Under the pieces are notes generated by a model. It made no database searches and was not told where the DNA came from. It saw only the letters and a program-made list of their open reading frames with translations. DNA of 45,037 nt from Candidatus Woesearchaeota archaeon. GTDB lineage: Archaea; Nanobdellota; Nanobdellia; Woesearchaeales; DATGWN01. Shown here one piece after another: positions 37,728 through 45,037 of the stretch. The number at the start of each line of letters is the position of its first letter. Within the stretch, counting starts at the first letter, position 1. The stretch is taken from contig JBLKOU010000004.1 of assembly GCA_047603125.1 (NCBI GenBank), positions 1-45,037 on the forward strand. Reading direction: 5' to 3'. The translations under genes and the position numbers were made by a program.

Positions 37728-37781
37728 TTTTTAGTATTTCCCCCCAAAATGTATTTAAATAAACAGGTATTGTGATTTGCT

Positions 37782-38375
37782 ATGGTCGCTATTTCACTTG
37801 AAGAATATAAACAAGAACTCGAAGAATATGAGCAAAAACGAGAACAACTCATTATACAGGCAAGAATTGTCCTCACAAAAGCAAAAAAGCTCATTTTTCT
37901 GGTGCATAAAAGGTCGCAAATTGATACTTTGAAAGAACAAGTCATTTTTGAATTTGAAACATTACGACAACTCGTTTTGAAAGCGCCATTATTGCAACAA
38001 GAAGGGATGTATAGTGAAGCGTCACAAGAATATTGTGAGGCAATTCTTTTTAGCCAACTTGTTTTAGAGCAGCCACTTGCAAAACCAAAAGATCTTGAGG
38101 TGACAACAACGGATTATTTATTGGGGCTATGCGATGTAACTGGAGAAATTGTGCGATTTGTTGTGCAAAACACCATTGAGCGCCAATTTGATCGTGCACT
38201 TATTCTACGAAATATTGTTCAAGATATTTATGAGCAATTGCTCACGCTCAATCAACGCCATGCGCATTTGCGAAAAAAAGTTGATATGGTTCGTTGGAAT
38301 TTACAAAAACTCGATGATATTATTTATGATTTAACTATTCGAGATAAATTGGAGAATACACATGACAAACGATAA
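37782..38375 (+). CDS. Translin/Trax (archaeal C3PO-like) family protein
   Basis: REQLI, QEYCEA, YLLGLCDVTGEIVR, LRKKVD. Confidence 0.9.
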   Translation: MVAISLEEYKQELEEYEQKREQLIIQARIVLTKAKKLIFLVHKRSQIDTLKEQVIFEFETLRQLVLKAPLLQQEGMYSEASQEYCEAILFSQLVLEQPLAKPKDLEVTTTDYLLGLCDVTGEIVRFVVQNTIERQFDRALILRNIVQDIYEQLLTLNQRHAHLRKKVDMVRWNLQKLDDIIYDLTIRDKLENTHDKR

Positions 38376-38595
38376 ACAAGCAATTCGAAAAGAAGCTTTT
38401 TCTATTATGAAATCGTTTTACACAGCACTCTCAAGTGTCGATGTCAAAGATGTTTCTATAGGCGTAAATAGGGAAATTCAATTACGTGATGATGAGCCAC
38501 AAGATGGCGATGCAACATTTCGCGATGCTTTTTTTGCAAATGCACCGCAAAAAGATCAAGACTATGTGTATGCGGAGAAAAAAACATGGAAATAA
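38362..38595 (+). CDS. gatC: Divergent amidotransferase subunit C
   Basis: LRDDEP...FFANAP...YVY; overlaps the gatA start. Confidence 0.7.
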   Translation: MTNDKQAIRKEAFSIMKSFYTALSSVDVKDVSIGVNREIQLRDDEPQDGDATFRDAFFANAPQKDQDYVYAEKKTWK

Positions 38596-39902
38596 AAGAA
38601 AAACTTGCACTAATTCGTGAGGGAAAACTCAGTGCCGTGGAAAACACGCAAACATTTTTAGAACGTATCAAAAAAGATACGCATAATATCTTTCTCTATG
38701 TAAATGAAGATGCACTTTTGCAAGCAAAAGAAGTTGATAAAAAAATTCAAGATAAAACGGCAGGAAAACTCGCAGGACTCTGTTTTGCAATTAAGTCAAA
38801 TATTTGTGTCAAAGGACTCATAACAAACTGCGCTTCAAAAACATTGGAGAATTTTCGTTCTCCCTATGATGCTGATGTCATCGAAAAAATAAAACAAGAG
38901 GATGGCATTATTTTAGGAATGGTCAACATGGATGAATTTGCTTGTGGCTCAACAGGTGCATCATCAGCATATGGTGCGACAATCAATCCACGTGCGCCGG
39001 ACTTTGTACCGGGCGGTTCTTCAAGTGCAAGTGCAGGGGCAGTGAGCGCACAACTCTGTGATATTGCACTTGGTTCTGATACGGGTGGTTCAATTAGAAA
39101 TCCTGCTTCGCATTGTGGTGTTGTTGGAATAAAACCTTCGTATGGTCGTATTTCGCGATACGGACTTATAGATTTATCGATGAGCCTCGATCAAATAGGG
39201 CCTCTGTGCGCCGATGTGTATGGCTGTGCTCTGGTTATGGAAGTTATTTGCGGATATAGCAAAAACGACCCGACAACTATTTCAAGCGACGTTACGCCAT
39301 ATACACAATGCCAGGATACTGTGCGTTGCGGTGTGAGTCCACAAATTGTTGAGATGATTGCGCATCCTCAACTCAAACAATTATTTGAAAAAACAATAGA
39401 GTCGTATTCTCCAAAACCAGTCTCACTTTCCCATATGGATCTAGCTGTGCAAACATATTATCCACTCGTGTATGTGGAGTTTTTTTCAGGAACACGAAAG
39501 TTTGATGGAAGAAAATATGGTCTCAAAATCGAAGAAAGTGTCGGTGAAGAAGTACTGCGTCGTATTTATGGAGGCGAGCAAATTTCACAGGCTGAGCATG
39601 AAGGAAAATTTTACAGAAAAGCGCTTGCTGTCCGTTCTCTTATTGAAAAAGAATTAGAAAACGCATTTGAGGCGGTTGATGTGATTGTTTTGCCCGTGCT
39701 GCCAACAATTGCTCCAAAAGTTAATCAAAAGCTCAGTGTAGAGCAGATGTATGCTTTTGATGTATTTACTATTCCTGCAAATTTAGCAGGTATTAGTGCA
39801 GCCGTTATTCCAATGGGCGTTGTAGATGGTTGCCCGGTAGGACTACAAATATGGGCCAAAAACGAAGAGAAATTGTTTTCGTTTTTGAATAAAAAAAAAT
39901 AG
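38586..39902 (+). CDS. gatA: Asp/Glu-tRNA amidotransferase subunit A
   Basis: AIKSNI, NMDEFACGS, PGGSSS, GSDTGGSIRNPA, ANLAG. Confidence 0.93.
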   Translation: MEIKEKLALIREGKLSAVENTQTFLERIKKDTHNIFLYVNEDALLQAKEVDKKIQDKTAGKLAGLCFAIKSNICVKGLITNCASKTLENFRSPYDADVIEKIKQEDGIILGMVNMDEFACGSTGASSAYGATINPRAPDFVPGGSSSASAGAVSAQLCDIALGSDTGGSIRNPASHCGVVGIKPSYGRISRYGLIDLSMSLDQIGPLCADVYGCALVMEVICGYSKNDPTTISSDVTPYTQCQDTVRCGVSPQIVEMIAHPQLKQLFEKTIESYSPKPVSLSHMDLAVQTYYPLVYVEFFSGTRKFDGRKYGLKIEESVGEEVLRRIYGGEQISQAEHEGKFYRKALAVRSLIEKELENAFEAVDVIVLPVLPTIAPKVNQKLSVEQMYAFDVFTIPANLAGISAAVIPMGVVDGCPVGLQIWAKNEEKLFSFLNKKK

Positions 39903-39908
39903 TCTCTA

Positions 39909-40841
39909 TTATCCTATTTGAAAATGCGTTTTAAACTCATCGATCATCAATATGAACTGACCTTGTTCATCTTTTACTTTATTGAAACGAGCATTATAAG
40001 TATTTAGTGCATCTTCAATTCCAAGTATTAGATTTAGCTCATAATTTATGGATTCATCACATGTTCGAATTAAGTCTGCCATCTCCTCACCTACGAGCGT
40101 ATAGAAATGTGCTCCACTGACGGCTCCAGATCTTTCATTTATTACATGATTGGATTTTTGTTTTAAGTTTTGAAGAATTTCTTTAAATTTACTAAAGTGA
40201 TTTGCATCCACTTTTTTATTTTCTTTTGTAAATTCCTGCAATTTTTTAATTTCGGGATATAATAGGTCGGCCCATTGTTTTGCAGTATATGTTTTGCTTT
40301 TTTCAGAGAAAATACCGCTCTTATTTTTTGTGTCAATGAGTTTAATTACTTTTGCAAAATCCTGAATAATGTTATTTGCAGTTCGCACATTGAAGAGTAT
40401 GCTATCTCCCCAATTTTTTTCGAGAAATACCTGAAAGTGGTTTTTTACTGCAGCCGCATGTCTTTTTAATGAACCCCAATATTCTCTTTGTGTTTTTTCT
40501 TTTTGTAGCTTGGCGGGTTCATCAAGGATTTTTTCCCATTGAATCAATACTCCTTCCAGATTGTAGATGCTTTTTTGAAGCTCTTTATTATTGAGGTGTG
40601 TTTCCATTTTCTTCACAACAATACGTCGACCAGGATTGAGGGGGTCAGGGTTGGAGTGACTAGTTTTGCTAATCATATCGCCATGTACTTTGTCAAGTTC
40701 GTTTCGTTTGAAGTCTACTATTTTTTTTAAACTCTGAAAGAATCTAACTAACGTACCTTTATCATCACCTTCTTTCATTATTAAATTTGCTATTCGCAAA
40801 ATACTGTGTTCCCTAATTTTTGCTTGGTTCATTGCTGTCAT
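39909..40841 (-). CDS. Hypothetical alpha-helical protein
   Basis: 310 aa, K/E-rich; no recognised motif. Confidence 0.7.
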   Translation of the reverse strand: MTAMNQAKIREHSILRIANLIMKEGDDKGTLVRFFQSLKKIVDFKRNELDKVHGDMISKTSHSNPDPLNPGRRIVVKKMETHLNNKELQKSIYNLEGVLIQWEKILDEPAKLQKEKTQREYWGSLKRHAAAVKNHFQVFLEKNWGDSILFNVRTANNIIQDFAKVIKLIDTKNKSGIFSEKSKTYTAKQWADLLYPEIKKLQEFTKENKKVDANHFSKFKEILQNLKQKSNHVINERSGAVSGAHFYTLVGEEMADLIRTCDESINYELNLILGIEDALNTYNARFNKVKDEQGQFILMIDEFKTHFQIG

Positions 40842-40946
40842 GAATAATCACTAAGCTTTTTCTTATTATGTTGATATATAAGCTTTACGCTTCAGTAGCA
40901 CTAAAAAACTGAACATTTATAAATACTGTTGGGCAGAATCATACTG

Positions 40947-42269
40947 ATGAGATGGGTATTATTGTGGTTTGCAAGTATTTTTATTCTATCAACTAAATCT
41001 TTTGCGAATTCAATTTTTGAACCACTCGCCATGATTAATCCAATTGAACTTTATGAAGTCGCAGGCCCATTTATTGATTTTATTGTTATTTTACTTTTCT
41101 TTATTGCCATCTTAAAAGGAAATAAAGCGGTCAGTGAGAGGTTGGGAAATAAAGCAGCAATAACTATTGGAGTGATGCTCGCTATTTCTATTACAGCCGC
41201 TCAGGGCATGTATAGTATCCGTTTAGCAGATTTAACGCCCGTCGCTCTGGTCATATTTTTTGTCGCATTGGGTGCATTTTTATATCGTTTCTTTGTCGCT
41301 CAGGGGATGCGGGGGGCTTTTGCTGCATTTTCAACGATTATTATCGTGATGTTGTCCCTTACGTCGGTATTTGGACCGAATTTAGAAGGGTTACAAAGTA
41401 TGAGCCCGACACTTTATGATTATGTGCAGCTTGCATTTGCAATTGCAATTGCGGGAATTATTTTGATTCCGATATTTTATTTAATTGGGCGTTATAAGCC
41501 GAGTGCGCAAAGTGCACTTGATAATTATCATCCTGATAACCCGTCTACAACTAAAGCAGATTCACAGCTGGAGGATTTAGGCAGTGCGGAGCAGGAAGTG
41601 AATCAAGCGGTTGAGAATGATGCCGCGACAAGCAGTAATACGGATTCAGAGACTGAAAAAACGGCAAGAGCGGTTGAGAGAGTAGATGATGATTTGAATT
41701 CTAAAAAAGATCGCTTATTGGAATTATTAAATAAAGTAGAACCTGGGCTGACTGACGAGGACAGTAGAGAGTTGAATGCTTTGGCTAAAGAAATTCAAGA
41801 CGAAGACAAATTAGTGAAGCATCTTGCGAGTTTAGCAACTCGGAGTGCAGAACAAGCGAGAAAAATAAATGAAGATTTACAAAAACTTACTTCTATTATT
41901 GATAAGGAATTGCAAAGTTTGGAAGATAGTATCAATCCTGAAAAGACAGATTTGGTTTCAGCTTTTAACTCAATTTCAGATAAAAATCAAATTTTGAAAC
42001 AAAGAAACGCTGACAAACAAAAATTAGACCGTGATTTTGATACTTTGCACTTTGAGATAAGTCAAGGTACTAAGGAAACAGTTCCAAGAGGTGCTCAGAA
42101 ATTGAAAGAATTTGCAGAAAAAAATAATAATCAACTTAAATCAAAGTGTGAACGTTTGCTATCCCTCATTTCGGATCGAAAGTCTCTGTCATCTGAAATT
42201 TCAAGTTTGAAGGGAGAAATATCGAGAGGCATAGCTGAATTAAAAGAAAAAATAAACAAATCATCATGA
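40947..42269 (+). CDS. Multi-pass membrane protein with C-terminal coiled coil (paralogue 1)
   Basis: Signal-like N-terminus, about 5 TM, acidic linker, long heptad region. TTTATAAA about 25 nt upstream of ATG 40947. Confidence 0.8.
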   Translation: MRWVLLWFASIFILSTKSFANSIFEPLAMINPIELYEVAGPFIDFIVILLFFIAILKGNKAVSERLGNKAAITIGVMLAISITAAQGMYSIRLADLTPVALVIFFVALGAFLYRFFVAQGMRGAFAAFSTIIIVMLSLTSVFGPNLEGLQSMSPTLYDYVQLAFAIAIAGIILIPIFYLIGRYKPSAQSALDNYHPDNPSTTKADSQLEDLGSAEQEVNQAVENDAATSSNTDSETEKTARAVERVDDDLNSKKDRLLELLNKVEPGLTDEDSRELNALAKEIQDEDKLVKHLASLATRSAEQARKINEDLQKLTSIIDKELQSLEDSINPEKTDLVSAFNSISDKNQILKQRNADKQKLDRDFDTLHFEISQGTKETVPRGAQKLKEFAEKNNNQLKSKCERLLSLISDRKSLSSEISSLKGEISRGIAELKEKINKSS

Positions 42270-43759
42270 AAAAAATCCTAGCTGCAATACTTGTATTTTT
42301 ATCGACTATTTACGTATCATACGCATATGTACTCGATAGTGTCTTCGCACCACTGGCCGGGTTTGCAACAGCGTCATTTTATTTACAATACCAAGGTTTT
42401 ATTGATGCGTTGGTCTACATCGCATTTTTTATTGCAATTGCGCAAAAAACAGTAGGTGAACGTTTAGGAAAGAAATCTGCAATTTTGATTGGTGTCATCC
42501 TTGGGCTTTCATTAACATTTGGAAGTCAAGCGATGGGCTTCTCATTAATCTCACTTGGTCCTATTGCAATGACAATTTTTCTCATTGTGCTTGCCGTAGT
42601 TTTTTACATAATGATTTCATCAATGATGGATCTAAAAGATTATGGCAAAGAGCGCACATGGGTTCACCCAACTGCACTCGGGATTACATTTTTTGTTATT
42701 TATGGATTATATAGGGGATTATTCCCAGGCTTTTTTGATCAAATTCAATCAACGCAATGGGGATACCAAGTTGTTGGCATTTTAGACTTACTTTGGGTTT
42801 TGTTATTTGTTGGTGTTGTAATTTGGGGTATATTTAAAGGAATAAATGCACTTGGTGGTGGTTCAGAATCTGTTACGCCTAGTGATACATCTAGTGTTGA
42901 GGTGGATACCGAAAAACCAGACACTAAAACACCCGACACTGCAAATGATGGTGATAATCACATAAGCGCAAATCAGCACTTTCTTAAAGAAGCAGATAGG
43001 ATGTTTGATTTTTGGAATAAAAATAAAAATATAATGAGGTATTTAAAACAGAAAGAAAGAGCATTAAAAACAGCACAAAATGCTCTTTTAAAAAACAATC
43101 TTCATAATAGAACATTATTAGAAATTCGAAATGATATGTTTGCATACCAAACATGGTTTGATCCATTTCTCAAACTCACAGATGATTTTCGTCATTTTCA
43201 TTCCCGATTAACTGATTTTCTTGTGGCCTATGAGAAGTTCAAGAATGCTTTAGCTAGAATGTCTTCACCAACAGGTTCTAGAAGAGATTTATTTAGGCAA
43301 ATTGATCATAATTATGCAAGCATTAAGTCAGAACACTTCAAGGGTTTTTCACATGCCATTCAAGCATTTACTGAAATATCAAATTTTGCTTTTAGAAATC
43401 CTATTACTGAAACTCAATTATTGAGTAATTGTAGGAATTTAAAAGACAGTATGGAACGGCTTAAAAATGCAAAAGAAATTTTAAAAGATTCGCATAAGCT
43501 GACATATGGGTTTACAAAGCAACTGCAAAGTGCAATAAATATTGGTGCAAATTTGAACTCGAGAGATTGGAAACGGGCAATAGAAGATTTCATAAGAGAA
43601 AAAAGTCATATGAATTCTCGATTCACTGCTGCTCGTCTAACTGATGCTCAAAAACGAAAACACATAGATAACGAACATTTGGTTTTTAACATGATTAAGA
43701 ATATCTTACCTGCTGATTATAAAAGCGAACTTGACAGGTGGGAGCGTTCGATAGGGTAG
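42266..43759 (+). CDS. Multi-pass membrane protein with helical C-terminal domain (paralogue 2)
   Basis: N-terminal TM region aligns by eye with the upstream gene; ATGA overlap. Confidence 0.8.
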   Translation: MKKILAAILVFLSTIYVSYAYVLDSVFAPLAGFATASFYLQYQGFIDALVYIAFFIAIAQKTVGERLGKKSAILIGVILGLSLTFGSQAMGFSLISLGPIAMTIFLIVLAVVFYIMISSMMDLKDYGKERTWVHPTALGITFFVIYGLYRGLFPGFFDQIQSTQWGYQVVGILDLLWVLLFVGVVIWGIFKGINALGGGSESVTPSDTSSVEVDTEKPDTKTPDTANDGDNHISANQHFLKEADRMFDFWNKNKNIMRYLKQKERALKTAQNALLKNNLHNRTLLEIRNDMFAYQTWFDPFLKLTDDFRHFHSRLTDFLVAYEKFKNALARMSSPTGSRRDLFRQIDHNYASIKSEHFKGFSHAIQAFTEISNFAFRNPITETQLLSNCRNLKDSMERLKNAKEILKDSHKLTYGFTKQLQSAINIGANLNSRDWKRAIEDFIREKSHMNSRFTAARLTDAQKRKHIDNEHLVFNMIKNILPADYKSELDRWERSIG

Positions 43760-43774
43760 TAGTTAAGTTCTGAT

Positions 43775-44917
43775 TTAAGGATTAGATTGCCTACCATAAA
43801 GAGAGCTATTTTTTTGAATATTATCGAGTATTATTTTACTATTTTTTTGAATGTTAGAGGTGTGTTGTGCATATGCATTTCGAAATGCATTAATTTTATC
43901 TTTTACTTGTGAGTCATTTTGTGCATTTTGTTGCAAACTCTGTATTAATGCATCTCTGATTTTTGTTAAACTATCTTTTGATCTTTTTAGTTCTTTTCCA
44001 ATATCATCATGTTGAAAATATGCGCAGAATTGTGCGAGTGTAGTAAATAATCCAGTTGTTAGTTCTTCAAATCGGTAAATTTGTTGAGCAATATCTTTTT
44101 TTAATTTATGCTTTGATAATTCTAAAATCTTGTAATTAGAAATCAAATAGTGAAATTTTGGGAAAAAATCAGCTTTGGGTTCGTTTGCATCTATTTGTTT
44201 TTTTAAATCAGAGTATGTGTCCATTAGTAGATTGAATTTTCTTTTAATGAACATATTATCAAGTATTCGTTTGCCTTTCATAGTAATCCAACCAGTTGTT
44301 AAAGTCCAGAAAAAACTTGGTTTGACTACTTTTTTTGAGTTATTCAGGCTCACATCCAATTTTTTATAATCAGCAATTTCATTTTTAAGGCTTCTTTCAG
44401 CTTTTTGTAGAAGTGATCCCCAATCTTTTATAATCTGTTTTAGTGAATTTTCAGGAACAACAAACTCTCCGTTTTGTGATAATGTCTGTAATTTTTGTAA
44501 CCAACTATTAACTTCTTCAAACATATTTTGTTGTAGGTAAGTACATAGCCTCATGCTTTCATCAAAAGAATTTAGAAGGGTTTCGGAGTGTTCAGTATAT
44601 GTTTGCATGTCTGATTCGACAACTTGAATAAATCTTGCTAATTCAGATTCTAATTTTTCAGGATTATTTTTATATCGATTTTGAATTTTGGCAAGTCGTT
44701 TCCCATTTAAATTGCTTTCAACATGCCTTGTCACACGAATAAGTTCTCGAAACATTTTGACGGATGTTTCATTATCTATCACTTCACGCATTTGAAATGA
44801 GTCTAAATTTTTTAAGAAAGAACCATATGTTCCATTCCCTAGGAGGGTTCCTACAACATTCCCCCTCATTCTTGAAAGGCCAAAAGGGATTCGCCAGATG
44901 AGATTTCCAATACCCAT
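43775..44917 (-). CDS. Hypothetical alpha-helical protein
   Basis: 380 aa; Gly/aromatic N-terminus, then helical sequence. Confidence 0.7.
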   Translation of the reverse strand: MGIGNLIWRIPFGLSRMRGNVVGTLLGNGTYGSFLKNLDSFQMREVIDNETSVKMFRELIRVTRHVESNLNGKRLAKIQNRYKNNPEKLESELARFIQVVESDMQTYTEHSETLLNSFDESMRLCTYLQQNMFEEVNSWLQKLQTLSQNGEFVVPENSLKQIIKDWGSLLQKAERSLKNEIADYKKLDVSLNNSKKVVKPSFFWTLTTGWITMKGKRILDNMFIKRKFNLLMDTYSDLKKQIDANEPKADFFPKFHYLISNYKILELSKHKLKKDIAQQIYRFEELTTGLFTTLAQFCAYFQHDDIGKELKRSKDSLTKIRDALIQSLQQNAQNDSQVKDKINAFRNAYAQHTSNIQKNSKIILDNIQKNSSLYGRQSNP

Positions 44918-45037
44918 ACATTCATTTTTTATTTACTAATTTAAATAATTATCTGAAAATTGTACGTAAAAAGTCAGGTCTTTACCATTCTTAGATTTTG
45001 AAAGATATTTTTCCCTTGTAATTTCCAAGTATGTATT

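Noticed and set aside
2279..44369. Many short antisense or alternate-frame ORFs inside well-supported genes
   Set aside because: Shadow ORFs without motifs or independent expression signals.

Overview
AT-rich archaeal chromosome segment, inferred to be DPANN (Woesearchaeota-like) from the archaeal information genes, the many orphan helical ORFs and the mostly leaderless first genes. Core genes: the rps13-rps4-rps11-rpoD-rpl18e-rpl13-rps9-rpoN operon, rpl34e, rpl14e, dph5, translin-gatC-gatA, tRNA-Gln(UUG), tRNA-His(GUG) and SRP RNA. Accessory content: (1) a Phe/Tyr terminal-pathway operon with a TyrA-PheA fusion beside an Lrp regulator; (2) a ParB-like gene and a tyrS that each carry one in-frame stop; (3) a coiled-coil protein with a toxin-like C-terminal tip facing a compact RtcB ligase operon; (4) a cluster of orphan receiver-domain proteins, a REC-kinase fusion and a divergent proteasome-beta-like protease, with no histidine kinase in the window; (5) paired membrane/helical paralogues. 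The most striking non-coding signal is a dispersed intergenic repeat family (4 near-full copies plus partial copies). Its stems differ in sequence but keep pairing, and a CUU bulge and a GNRA-capped hairpin are conserved, as expected for a structured RNA or ssDNA element. All calls are by eye from motifs; no searches or folding programs were run.
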